A stretch of DNA of 64,000 nt from the human T2T-CHM13v2.0 reference genome, Homo sapiens. The notes under the pieces were generated by a model. It was not told the origin of the DNA. It was given only the letters and a program-made list of their open reading frames with translations, and made no database searches. Both the position numbers and the translations under genes were made by a program. This document shows, one piece after another, positions 28,100 through 41,442 of this stretch (its first letter is position 1; every line of letters begins with the position of its first letter). Where the stretch lies: the NCBI RefSeq assembly GCF_009914755.1, contig NC_060932.1. One strand, written 5' to 3'.

Positions 28100-29720
28100 T
28101 CTCTGATGAAGGCCATCATCTCTATTGGCACATCCTCTCACCCCGTCATGATACTGCTGTATTAGGTCTTTTTTGCTCTCTTTCATCACAATTTCAACCT
28201 CTCTGTATCTTTTCCATCAGACAAAAATACTGCAATTTCTTTTGTCTTAAAAAATACACTCCCTTGACCCCATGGTCCATCCCATTCCTCTCCCCCCACC
28301 CCACAGCAGCAAACTCCTAGGAAGAATTGTGTATACTGCCCACTTCAGTTTTTTTCTCCCATTTCCTCTTGAACCCAGTCCAAACACGTTTTACCTTCAT
28401 GATTCTCTAAAACTCCTTTTGTTCTATCAGCAATACCTTCCACATTGCTAAATCTAATGATCAATTATTGGTCCTAAATTTACTTGTCCTATCAGCAGTA
28501 TTGGACACATTAGAACACTCACCTTTTCTTTTTTTATTATATTTTAAGTTCTGGGGTACATGTGCAGAGCATGCAGTTTTGTTACATAGGTATACATGTG
28601 CCATGGTTGTTTGCTGCACCCATCAACCCGTCACCTACATTAGGTATTTCTCCTAATGCTATCCATCCCCTAGCCCCCCACCCCCCAACAGGCCCCAGTG
28701 TGTGATGTTCCTCTCCCTGTGTCCATGTGTTCTCATTGTTAAACTCCCACTTATGAGTGAGAACATGCGGGAACACTCACCTTTTCTATAAGTGTTTTCT
28801 TCACTTGGTTTCTGGGTCAAAACTCTCTCTCTGGCTTTCTTCCTACATCACTGGATGCTCCTTCTCGGCCTCCTTTGTCATTACTTGCTCTCTTCAACTT
28901 CTTAACATTGGAGTGTGCAGGGCTTAGCCTGGGTTTTCTTCATTGCTCAATCTATACTCCCTTCCTTGGTGGGGTCAGGCTTTAAATACCATCTTATGAT
29001 GACAATTCCCACACATGTATCCCCAATCTGACCTGTCCCTTATACTTCAGGCTTGTATACTAAACAACTTGCTAGGTATCTCTGTAGGATATCTGTCTAA
29101 TGTCTAGCTCAACCCTAATGTGCAAAAAAGTGAACTCTCAATCTTCTTTCCAGCTTGAGCTTTTCATAGCATTCTCCTTTTCAGCCTAGAGTCAACTTTG
29201 TTCTGCCCATTGCTCAGGCCAAAAATCTTGAAAAAATATTTAACTCCTTTTTTTCTAATGTATCTCACATACAGTCCACTATATCCTGGATCTACCTTGA
29301 AATGCTTCTCACCATCTTTACCACCATTAACCGTCTTCCACTGCACCCACCCTGGCTGTCCATGGCTCAAGCCACATCAAGCCTTGCATGGATTATTGCA
29401 CAGTCTACTTAACTAGTCTCCCTGCTTCCACTCTTATCCAGACAGGATGCTTTCAAAATTAGCCAGATTATGTAAAACATTGTCAGATCAGATTACTTTG
29501 TTCAAAACCTTTCTATGGCTTTCATTTCGAGTAAAGGCCAAAACCCTCATAATGTAAAATCCTACAACTCCCTCCCCTTGTTAGCTTCCTGACTACCTCT
29601 GCTGTCACCTCCTCTACCCCATTATTTGTCCTGCCCCAGTCATACTGATCTCCAAGTTGGCACCTGCTTCAGGACTTCTGCACTAGCCCCTTAACCTCCT
29701 TATTCCCCACCAGACTTGCT
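28100..29720 (+). mobile_element. L2 LINE remnant; approximate bounds
   Basis: Pyrimidine-rich L2-like motifs (CCACATTGCTAAATCTAATG, GGCTTTAAATACCATCT, CCCATTGCTCAGGCCAAAAATCTTG). Confidence 0.7.
28530..28770 (-). mobile_element. 241-bp 5'-truncated L1PA inserted in L2
   Basis: TTATTATATTTTAAGTTCTGGGGTACATGTGCAG...; perfect 17-bp TSD GAACACTCACCTTTTCT at 28513 and 28771. Confidence 0.93.
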
Positions 29721-30532
29721 GCCCTTGCTCCTGCATATTCAAAAGACTTCTTAAAATCTTTTTCTAAACAAGGGAAGTTCTCCTCTTAGGAGGAATGCTT
29801 CCTTTTCTGTAGAATAGGGGGTTGGGGGTGGAATTGTGCCTTCTTTTATTTTGTCTGTCTGCAATGGAGACTGAGGAAGGACATACAGTGTGGTCTGAGG
29901 ATGGAGAGTCACACAGCTAGGATCAGATTGTTGAGAAACATGAATACCCTGACAAGAAATGTAGGTTTTCATCTGCAGAATGGCAGGATGAGCATAGAAT
30001 TTTAATAAACTCACTTTGTTGATGGTGTAGAGGATGATTCAGGAATGGTGTGTGGGCTAGAGTAGAAGCTGAGATAAGAATTAGGAAGTGATAGCAACAA
30101 CCTGGCTAGGAGATAATTAGAACCTGTTCTAAAATCGTAGCAGTAAAGTTAGAAAGGAGGACATAAGTCCTACAGGTGAAACTAAGAGAGGATTGATATG
30201 AACTAGTCACAGTTAGATGTCAGATATGAAAGAAATGAAGGCATTTGGGATGAGTATGTGCATCCTGGCCTGGTTTTCTAGGTAAATGGTGGTTTTAGTC
30301 ATAAAGAATAAACATACAAAGGGTAGGGGCAAGCTTGGGGATTGGACAAAATATTAGATCACATTTTGGACATATTGACTCAGAGGTACCTGTAGGACAT
30401 CCACGGGAAATTATCCAGTATACAGAGATTGAAGCTAAGGAAAAAGATCTAAGCTATTACATAGATTAGGGCATCATTTAGATCAGAATGACTAAGTCAT
30501 GCCAAGTCATATGCCAACAAGAGTTACAGAGG

Positions 30533-30918
<386 letters not shown>

Positions 30919-31342
30919 TTACGGAGGGATCAAACCCAGGTGCTCTGGCTCCAGGGTCAGGGCTGTTGACAACTGTGCTCTAACACAAATTCCTTCCTTC
31001 CTTCTTGCTCCTCACCCCCACTTTGAAGGGCAGAACTTTACAAGCTTGTGACATCACTCCCTAAACAAGCTTCTTACAGGGATCTAAATATAGAGTTTCT
31101 CAGCAATGACTTTCTATTTGATTCTGTAAAATTTTCCTTTCCTTAATAGCCAAGAGTCTTGCAAAAGTAGTCTACACTCCTTAATTTATCACCTCCTGCT
31201 CACCCTTCAACTCACTCCATTAAAAATTCTGGTTTCTGCCTACAAACTCAATTTAGTCAAAGTCATACAGAAAGTCATTGCCAAATCCAAGAAAGATTTT
31301 TAGTTCTCACTTATTTTAACTGTTTATAGTACAGTGTTGGAT

Positions 31343-31659
31343 TTTTTTTTTAATTTTTATTTATTTATTTATTTTTGAGATGGAGTCTCGCTCTGTCACC
31401 CAGGCTGGAGTGCAGTGGCACATCTCGGCTCACTGCAAGCTCTGCCTCCTGGATTCATGCCATTCTTCTGCCTCAGCCTCCCAAGTAGCTGGGACTACAG
31501 GCACCCGCCACCACGCCTGGCGAATTTTTTGTATTTTTTTTAGTAGAGACGGGGTTTCACCATGTTAGCCAGGACGGTCTTGATCTCCTGACCTCATGAT
31601 CCGCCCACCTCGGCCTCCCAAAGTGCTCGGATTACAGGCGTGAGCCACTGCGCCCGGCC
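31343..31659 (-). mobile_element. AluY-like SINE
   Basis: TSD CAGTGTTGGAT. Confidence 0.95.
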
Positions 31660-32038
31660 CAGTGTTGGATATTTTTGTACACATCCTTTTCTACACACAG
31701 TCGTGTGTGTGTTTATATGTGTGAATCGAGGGAGAAGGAGTCATGATAGAAATAGAAAGTTTAGAAAACCAGAAGGAAATGGCCAATCATAATTACGCCA
31801 CACTTATGAAGCTCGTGCATAAGCGTGTATATTTCATATCTGGTTACAATCTACTCCCAATCCTGAAACTGATTGTGCTAGAAGTATTACTTTCAGTTCA
31901 TTTTGAGCAGTAGTTGAGATAACCCATTAAACATCGATTTGTATACCAGATTTCTCTCCTCTTCTGGAAACCATCCAAAGGTAATAAGTAGAATCTTTAA
32001 AAACTCTCAAATTCCAATTTCAGTAAAATAGGACACAG

Positions 32039-32108
32039 ATAATCTGCAGACTCTAACAACGACCACTAAAACTATAATCTGCAGATTCTAACAATGACCA
32101 CTAAAACT
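32039..32108. repeat. 35-bp tandem duplication
   Basis: ATAATCTGCAGA(C/T)TCTAACAA(C/T)GACCACTAAAACT twice, 2 mismatches. Confidence 0.95.
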
Positions 32109-32699
32109 AACTGAGACCTGGTTAGATTTCATCTAGAAGGAAGTCAAAAGGAATACTTAGAAGTCCTGGAAGTGATGGATTTTGCAAAAACACATTTTCT
32201 AAGAGGAAGAGGTCCACCCTCTAGTGAAAAAGCTACATGGCTTGTTTGCTACAGTGAGTGAAGAAATCTGGTGGCAAGACTCGAATAAAAATTCTCCTGG
32301 ACTTCAACTTTGAAAAGCAGTGGATTTGAAGATGCAGAGGCAGTAAAATCACACAATGCATGACATGGATGTGCCATCTTTGCAGAAAAGCTGTCTGTGT
32401 GGTTGCATTGGAAGGTTATTCAGAGTTTGACACCTGGAAGCTACTCTGGTCCTTCTTCCTTCCCCATAGGAACTTATTTAAATGGCTAGTCCAGAAAAAT
32501 TTAACTCATTCAATGATGAATACTTTTTTCAGAGTATAATATCAACCCAAGACACTCTAAAAAAACTAAAGCCAAAAGAATAAACCAAAAAATTAAAATC
32601 AAAAAAGAGAATTTAGCTGAATAGTAGGGTAGAAAAGGAGAATGTAGAAAATATCATTCATATATTTCACAAAATCATTTAGAAGATATAATGAAAGGA

Positions 32700-34250
32700 A
32701 TGAACCATTTACAATATCAGCAATAAAAATAAAATACCTATGAATGAACTCACTAGAAAATATTCAAAAACTATATGAAGAATACTTTGAAAGATACTAA
32801 ATTCAATCAAACAAAGAAAAGATAAAGCCATAATCTTGGATAGGAGAATTCTACATAGTTGAAACACGATTTCTCTCTATGGTAAGTTTAACTTTATTCC
32901 AATGAAAAGTATCAATTTTTTCTTTCTTTAGAAAGAGACAAACTGATACTAAAGGTTGTATAAAAAAATGAAACAACCAAAAATAGTCAAGAAAACATTT
33001 AAAAGGAAGAAAGCTAAAATATTAAATAGTATTGTATTGACATATGAACAGACAAACAGAAAATAGAACAAGATAGGAAATAAATAAACCCAATGACATA
33101 CTAATAACATCATATGTTATAGGGGTGTCATCAGAAATCAGTAGGGAAAATAAACCACTCAAAAAATGGTCACAGACAAAAGCCAGAGAGCCACCTAGGG
33201 GAATAGTTGGATTCATCTTTCACATCGTATGAGAATACATTCTAAATAGATCAAAGACTTAAATGTAAAATCTGAAATCATAAACCTACTAGAACAAAAT
33301 GATAAAATTGCTTTTTAAATTTGGGGTGTGTATAATCTTTTAAAATATGACTAAAAATCCAGAAGCCATAAAAAAGGTAAATGTTACTATGTCTTAAAAA
33401 TCTGTAAGGCAAAAAAAATTATTTTAAAAAGTCAAAAGACAACACACAGGAAAAAATTTATAATTCATAAAACAGAATAATCTCTGTCATATATAGAAAT
33501 CACATAGATATTGATGAGAAAAACACCAACTTCCCAATTGCTTGCCCAGTTATATTGGGAAAAAAATAGTAAAAGTTTATTGGAAAAGAAATAAAAATGG
33601 CTTTTAAATACATGAAAACTGTTGACTGTTATTCAAAATAAGACAAATGAAAATTTAAAATTACATGGGATTATCATTTTTTTTAAATCATAATGGCTAG
33701 AAACCCCACAAATTTTTGTTTGACATCATAGTCCATTGGCAACCTGTGAGAAAACAGGAACTCTCCATTGTTTTGGGGAGACAGACATTAGTAAAACCCC
33801 ACAGAAGGCAATTTGGCAATATTTGTCAAAATGATTTATTCATATGTCTTTGACCAAGAAATTCCTCTTCTGGGAAATTATCCAAGGGATTTAAATGATA
33901 TTTATACACAGTTAGGCATTACAACATTTCTCAAAATAATGAAAACAACCTAAATTCTATCATATGGAAAAGGTGAAATGAATTACTGCATAGCTACCCA
34001 AATAGGTTATGCAGGAATACAAAAATAAATAAATACATAAACTTTCTGATAAAGTTATTGGATAAAAAGCTCTAAGATACATTAAATGAGAAAAGCAAGA
34101 TGTATATAATATACAGTCTTTCAAATTGAAAATAAGGGAAAATAAGAATATATGTTTGAATTTGTGGATAAGTCCATAAAGAAACCCTGGGAGGACTCAG
34201 AAACATCTAAATATAGAGGTTGTTGGGAAAGATACTTTCTTGGCTAATTT
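32700..34250 (+). mobile_element. Old L1M (L1ME-like) ORF2/3' remnant; approximate bounds
   Basis: A-rich with L1 motifs (AAATAGATCAAAGACTTAAATGTAAAA, GGCAATTTGGCAATAT, TTTGACCAAGAAATTCCTCTTCTGGGAAATTATCC). Confidence 0.65.
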
Positions 34251-35525
34251 CTTTCACTTCTTTTAGCCTTTAGAAAAATCTTCCCTTCTCAAAGAGGATT
34301 ACCTTGGCTAGCTGCCCAGTTGAATGTGAAGGCCATGAGGATTATTGCTTTTGTCTGTTTTATTCCCTGGTATGTCCCAAGCACCAACAATAGTATACAC
34401 AGTAGACACTCCAATATGTGTTCAATGAATGAATAGGTAAGGGGGTGGGAAACTTCACTGCATACTTTTATATATTTTAATAATAAATTTTTTTGAAAAG
34501 TAAATTAAAAGTAAAACCAAAAAGTGAATAGTAGTAGATGTATTCCCACTTTTTTCCCATTTCAGTATTTGTTGAAATCACTCTCCATTTCGATGTTTGT
34601 TTTGATTAAACAAGGGCCGAAAATGTTTGGTGGCTCTGACCTTCCCGGGGCCAGCTTCACCTGCCCCTAAAGGACGGAGGGCTTCCTGGCCTTCTTCACA
34701 GTTCTGTAGAAGAGCCACATGGATGTTTGCCACCTGATCTGGCTCCTTTACAAGAATTTGACTTGCTTCATTCTTCTCTGTATGTTCCTAGATGATTGCA
34801 GGCCTGCGGTCTCCACAGTCTTCACTCACCAGTGTTCCTGCTATTTCAAGTTGACAAACATTCATTGAGATCCACATTGGTGTCATGAATGTTAGAGGCA
34901 CAAAGGTGAATGTTATGTCATCTGTGCCATCTCAGGGCTTGCAATTCAGGAGGACAGGCACAAATAATAATTACAGGGGACTGTTGGAGTTCACCTAAAG
35001 ATTTTTTTTTCTCAAGTCTTCGTACGGTTATGTGTTGCTTAATGACAGGGGTATGTTCTAAGAAATGCATCGGTAGGTGATTTTGTCATTGTACAAACAT
35101 CATAGACTATGCTTACACAAACCTAGCTGGTATAGCCTACTATACATCCAAGCTAGACAGTATAGTCTATTGCTCCCAGGCTACAAACCTGTACAGCATG
35201 TTACTGCACTGAATACCATAGCAATTATAACAGAAGGGTAAGTATTTGTGCATTGAAACATATCTAAACATAGAAAAGGTATAGTAAAAATACAGAATAA
35301 AAGATTAAAAATGGTACACTAGATAAAGCACTTACAATGAGTGGAGTTTGCAGGACTGACTATACATTGCTCTGGGTGAGTCAGTGAGTGAGGGTGAGTG
35401 AATGTGAGGGCCTAAGACATTACTGTCCACTCCTGTAGACTTTATAAAACCTGGACACTTAGGCTACACTAAATGGATTAAATAATAGTTTTCTTCAATA
35501 ATAAATTAACCTTAGATTACTGTAA

Positions 35526-35850
<325 letters not shown>

Positions 35851-36248
35851 TAAACCTTTTATTTTTTTAGCCTTTTGGACTCTTTTGTAGTAAGGCTTAG
35901 TTTAAAACACAAACACATTGTACAGCTGTGCAAAAATATTTTTTCTTTATGTCCTTATTCTATAAACTTTTTCTATTTTGAATTTTTTTAATTTTTTGAA
36001 CTTTTTTGTTAAAATGAAGACGCAGACATCCACATTAGCCTAGGCTTACACAGGGTCAGCATCATCAATATCACTGCCTTTCACCTCTGCACCTTGTCCC
36101 ACTGGAAGGTGTTCAGGGTCAATAACACACACGGAGCTGTCATCTCCTTTAATAATGCCTTCTTTTGGAATACCTTCTGAAGACCTGCCTAAGTCTGCTT
36201 TACAGTTAACTTTTAAAAAAATAAGTAGAGGGAACACATTCTAAAATA

Positions 36249-36323
36249 TTAGGTTGGTGCAAAAGTAATTGCTGTTTTTACCCTTAGTGGCAAAAAAATG
36301 CAATTACTTTTGCACCAATCTAA
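36249..36323. mobile_element. MADE1 (Hsmar1-derived MITE) inside Tigger3
   Basis: TTAGGTTGGTGCAAAAGTAATTGC...GCAATTACTTTTGCACCAATCTAA flanked by TA/TA. Confidence 0.93.
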
Positions 36324-36509
36324 TAGCAATACAAAGTATATTATAGTAAATATATAAACAAGTAACATAGTTGTTTATTATCATTATCAAGTATTATGTA
36401 CCCTAGAGAACTGTATGTGCTAGACTTTTATACGACTGGCAGCTCAGTAGGTTTCTTCACACCAGCACCATCTCAAACACATGAGTACCGTGTTGTTCTC
36501 TGATGTTGC

Positions 36510-36959
36510 TGAGAGGTGAAGCCAACTGGACTTCCTGGGTCAAGTGGGGACTTGGAGAACTTTTCTGTCTAGCTAGAGGATTGTAAACACACCAATCAGC
36601 ACTCTGTAAAAACACACCAATCAGCGCTCTGTGTCTAGCTAAAGGATACACCAATCAGCACTCTGTAAAATGGACCAATCAGCACTCTGTAAAATGGACC
36701 AATCAGCAGGATGTGGTAGTGGACAGATAAGGGACTAAAAGCTGGCCACCCCAGCCAGCAGCAGCAACCCGCTTGGGTCCCTTTCCATGCTGTGGAAGCT
36801 TTGTTCTTTTGCTGTTCACAATAAATCTTGCTGTTGCTCACTCTTTTGTTCTGTGCCACCTTTAAGAGCTGTAACACTCAGAGTTACATGAAGGTCCATG
36901 GTTTCATTCTTGAAGTCAGCGAGACCAAGACCCACTGGAAGGAACCAACTCCGGACATA
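36510..36959 (+). repeat. 5' LTR (450 bp)
   Basis: Five CCAATCAG units; AATAAA at 36820; ends CCGGACATA. Confidence 0.92.
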
Positions 36960-36962
36960 TCT

Positions 36963-36980
36963 TGGCGACCCAGATGGGAC
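36963..36980 (+). other. Primer-binding site complementary to the tRNA-Arg 3' end
   Basis: TGGCGACCCAGATGGGAC, the reverse complement of the recalled tRNA-Arg(CCG) end GTCCCATCTGGGTCGCCA; ERV9 uses tRNA-Arg. Confidence 0.85.
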
Positions 36981-37918
36981 TATTGCCAAGGAATGGGTAC
37001 CATTGGACCCCTTTTGCTTGCTATTCTGTCCTATTTTTCCTTAGAATTCGGGGGCTAAATACTGGGCACCTGTCGGCCAGTTAAAAGCAACTAGTGCAGC
37101 CACTGGACTAAAGACACGGGTGTCAGGCTTTCTGGGAAAGGACTCTCTAACAACCCCTGACTCTTCAGAGTTGGGAGCATTGGTTTGCCTGGAACCAGCT
37201 TACACTTTTCCTGTACTTCTGGGCTAAACCGAGGGTTGACAGAGAGGAAAACCATTCAGCTCTGGGGTCCCGACAAAAAGTTGGTTGACCCTGTAGCCAT
37301 GAGTGGAACTCTCAAAGTCATGTCACCCAAGTGAGACTCGTCCATCTATCCTATCTATCCTGACCCTTGCCTCCTGGGTCCTAATGCCTGTCAGACAACT
37401 TCTTCCTGTCTCCCTTCTCCAAGGCTAGTCCTGCTTCTAAAAACCACTCCCTGTCTCTGGTGCTTTTCTAGTTTATCCTATAAGAATGATTTCTAGTATA
37501 AACTTCAGGACTCTGTTCCCTTCTTTACGCAACCAGGCTCACCAGGCAGAGAGACATAATTTTTTCCCAAAGTCCCATTGGTGGGGGGGACTATCTGGAA
37601 TTTTAGGATCCCTCCTCAGACTAACAGATCTAACAAAAGCTATTCCTGAAGCTAAGATATGGGGAGCCTCAGAAATGATATCCTTCCTATTCATATGATG
37701 AGAAGTGAGGACAAAAGGCATCACTCTTCCAACCCTGGAGATCCCTTCCCTCCCTCAGGGTATGGCCCTCCACTTCATTTTTGGGGCATAACATCTTTAT
37801 AGGACAGGGGTAAGGTCCCGATACTAACAGGACTCTAACAGGTTTTCGAGAATGCATCTGTAAGGGCCAATAAATCCGACTTTCCTCGGTCCTCTTTGTG
37901 GTCTAAGAGGAAAATTAA

Positions 37919-38146
37919 GGTTTTTGCTGCTGTGTCAGTGAATGCAACTATTCCAATCAGCAGGGTCCAGGGACCATTTCGGGTTCTTGGGCAAGAGGAG
38001 TTTCTGCTGCTGCATCAGTGAGCACAACTACTCTGGTCAGCAGGGTTCAGTGACCATTGCGGGTTCTTGGGCAACAGGGGTTTCTGCTGCTGCATCGGTG
38101 AGCACAACTATTCTGATCAGCAGGGTTCAAGGACTGTTGTGGGTTC
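37919..38146 (+). repeat. About three 80-bp tandem units in the ERV leader
   Basis: TTT(T/C)TGCTGCTG recurs at 37921, 38001 and 38081. Confidence 0.9.
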
Positions 38147-38148
38147 CC

Positions 38149-39575
38149 ATGAAATGCATCCTAAACAATTAGGACCAATTTGACCTGCAAATCCTGAAAG
38201 AGAAGTGGCTCATTTTTTTCCGCACTATGGCCTGGCCCCAGTATTATCTCTCTGATAGGGAAAAATGGCCACCTAAGGAAGTATAAATTACAATACTATC
38301 CTGCAGCTTGACCTTTTCTGTAAGAAGGAAGGCAAATGGAATAAAATACCTTATGTCCAAGCTTTATTTTCCTTGAAGGAGAATCCACAGCTATGCAAAG
38401 CTTGCAATTTATATCCCACAAGAGGACCTCTCAGCTTACCCCCATATCCTAGCATCCCTATAGCTCCCCTTCCTATTAATGACAAGCCTCCTCTAATCTC
38501 CCCCGCCAGGAAGGAAACAAGCAAAGAAATCTCCAAGGGACCACAAAAACCCCCGGGCTATTGGTTATGTCCCCTTCAAGCTGTAGGGGGAGGGGAATTT
38601 GGCCCAACCTGGGTACATGTCCCCTTCTCCCTCTCTGATTTAAAGCAGATCAAGGCATACCTGGGAAAGTTTTCAGATGATCCTGATAGGTATGTAGATG
38701 TCCTACAGGGTCTAGGTCATACCTTCGACCTCACTTGGAGAGAAGTCATGCTATTGTTAGATCAAACCCTGGCCTTTCATGAAAAGAATGCGGCTTTAGT
38801 TGCAGCCCGAGAGTTTGGAGATACCTGGTATCTTAGTCAAGTAAATGATAGAATGACAGCCGAAGAAAGGGACAAATTCCCTAGCGGTCAGCAAGCCATC
38901 CCCAGTATGGATCCCCACTGGGATCTAGACTCAGATCATGGAGACTGGAGTCGTAAACATCTGCTCACCTGTGTTCTAGAAGGACTAGGGAGAATTAGGA
39001 AAAAGCCCATGAGTTAGTCAATGATGTCCACCATATCTCAGGGAAAGGAAGAAAATCCTTCTGCCTTCCTCAAGCAGCTACAGGAGGCCTTAAGAAAATA
39101 CACTCCCCTGTCACCCAACTCACTCGAGGGTCAATTGATCCTAAAAGATAAGTTTATTATCCAATCAGCTGCAGATATCAGGAGAAAGCTTGAAAAGCAA
39201 CCCCTGGGCCCTGAACAAAATCTGGAGGCATTATTAAACCTGGCAACCTCGGTGTTCTATAATAGGGAACAAGAGGAATAGGCCGAAAAGGAAAAGTGAG
39301 ATCAGAGAAAGGCTGCAGCCTTAGTCATGGCCCTCAGACAAACAAACTTTGGTGGTCCAGAGAGGACAGAAAATGGAGCAGGCCAATCACCCAGTAGGGC
39401 TTGTTACCAGTGTGGTTTGCAAGAACACCTTAAAAAAGATTATCCAACAAGAAACAAGCCACCCCCTTGCCCATATCTACTATACCGAGGCAATCACTGG
39501 AAGGTGCACTGCCCCAGAGGACAAAGTTTCTCTGGGCCAGAAGCCGCCAACCAGATGATCCAACAACAGGACTGA
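38149..39575 (+). pseudogene. gag: ERV gag pseudogene
   Basis: Same-frame ORFs at 38373, 39021 and 39327 separated by stops; HVPFSLSDLKQIK, MHR QGKEENPSAFL, degenerate zinc knuckle CYQCGLQEHLKKDY; 1-nt frameshift near 38277. Confidence 0.92.
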
Positions 39576-40220
39576 GGGTGCCCAGGGCAAGCGCCAGCTC
39601 ATGTCATCACTCTCACTGAGTCCTGGGTATGTTTAACTGTTGAGAGCCAGGAAGTTGACTTCCTCTTGGACACTGGAGTGGCTTTCTCAGTGTTAATCTC
39701 CTGTCCTGGATGACAGTCCTCAAGGTCCGTTACCATCTGAGGAATCCTGGGACAGCCTGTAACCAGGTATTTCTCTCATCTCCTCAGTTGTAATTGGGAG
39801 ACTTTGCTCTTTTCACATGCCTTTCTTGTTGTGCCTGAAAGTCCTATACCCTTATATTAGGGAGGGACATATTAACCAAAGCTGGAGCCATTATACACAT
39901 GAATATGGGGAACAAGTTACCCATTTGTAGTCCACTGCTTGAGGAGGGAATCAACCCTGAAGTCTGGGCTTTGGAAGGACAATTCGGAAGCGCAAAAAAT
40001 GCCTGTCCAGTCCAAATCAGGCTGAAACACCCCACCACTTTTCCTTATCAAAGGCAATATTCCTTAAGACCTGAAGCTCATAAAGGATTACAGGATATTG
40101 TTAGACATTTAAAAGCTCAAGGCTCAGTAAGAAAATGCAGCAGTCCCTGCAACACCCCAATTCTAGGAGTACAAAAACCAAATGGTCAGTGGAGATTAGT
40201 GCAAGATCTTAGACTCATCA
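39576..40220 (+). pseudogene. pol: ERV protease and N-terminal reverse transcriptase remnant
   Basis: FLLDTG protease motif at about 39660-39677; SPCNTPILGVQKPNGQWRLVQDLRLI, then an abrupt end. Confidence 0.9.
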
Positions 40221-41386
40221 CCTCCTCCCTACTTAATAAACAGTCCAGGTTTTCTAATGGCAAATATACTCCCTGCATGACCATTCACCCTTCGACCCCC
40301 TGCAGCAGCACCCCCACCACTAGTGAATTCCTTCTCATCCCCTTTCAATCACACTCTCGAATGGTTCCTAGTAGATACAAAACGGTTTTTTCTCCAGTGG
40401 GAAAATAGAACACAGGGAGCCACTCAGTTTGCTCCCAATACCCCTTTCCAGCCACTCACCGGAACTACCTTAGCAAGTACTCTAGGAGTATGGGAAAATG
40501 AAAACAACAAACTCACATACCTTTTTAACACACACAACCAGTTCTGTCTACTCAGTCAAGGCATATTTTTCTTATGAGGAACGTCAACCTATATCTGCCT
40601 CCCTACTAACTGGACAGGCACCTGCACCTTAGTCTTCCTAAGTCTCAACATTAACATTGCCCCAGGAAATCAAACCCTATCAGTGCCCCTCAAAGCTCAA
40701 GTCTGTCAGCACAGAGCCATACAACTAATACCCCTACTTACAGGGTTAGGAATGGCTACTGCTACATGAACTGGAATAGTCAGTTTATCTGCTTCATTAT
40801 CCTACTACCGCACACCCTCAAAGGATTTCTCAGACAGTTTGCAAGAAATAATGAAATCTATCCTTATTCTACAATCCCAAATAGACTCTTTGGCAGCAGT
40901 GACTCTCCAAAATCACTGAGGCCTAGAGCTCCTCACTGCTGAGAAAGGCAGACTCTGCACCTTCTTAGGGGGAGAGTGTTCTTTTTACACTAACCAGTCA
41001 GGGATAGACCAGTCAGAGATGCCGCCTGGCATTTACAGGAAAAGGCTTCTGAAATCAGACAATGCCTTTCAAACTCTTATACCAACCTCTGGAGTTGGGC
41101 GACATGGCTTCTCCCCTTTCTAGGTCCTGTGACAGCCATCTTGCTATTACTCGCCTTCGGGCCCTGTATTTTTAACCTCCTTGTCAAATTTGTTTCCTCT
41201 AGGATTGAGGTCATCCAGCTACAGATGGTCTTACAAATGGAACCCCAAATGAGCTCAACTAACAACTTCTACCGAGGACCCCTGGACCAACCAGCTGGCC
41301 CTTTGACTGGCCTAAAGAGTTCCCCTCTGGAGGACACTACAACTGCAGGGCCCCTTCTTCACCCCTATCCAGCAGAAAGTAGCTAG
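40221..41386 (+). pseudogene. env: ERV env 3' part (end of SU plus TM)
   Basis: Fusion peptide RAIQLIPLL near 40713; broken ISD LQNH*GLELLTAEKGRLC from 40905; TM/cytoplasmic tail LLLLAFGPCIFNLLVKFVSSRIE. Confidence 0.9.
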
Positions 41387-41442
41387 AGCAGTCATCGCCC
41401 AATTCCCAACAGCAGTTGGGGTGTCCTGTTTAGAGGGGGGAT

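Noticed and set aside
36580-38150. Regularly spaced repeats resembling a CRISPR array
   Set aside because: LTR U3 and leader tandem repeats without unique spacers, in primate DNA.
38373-41386. ERV ORFs as a domesticated gag or syncytin-like gene
   Set aside because: Multiple stops, a frameshift, a broken zinc knuckle, a degenerate furin site, a stop in the ISD and loss of the env 5' end.
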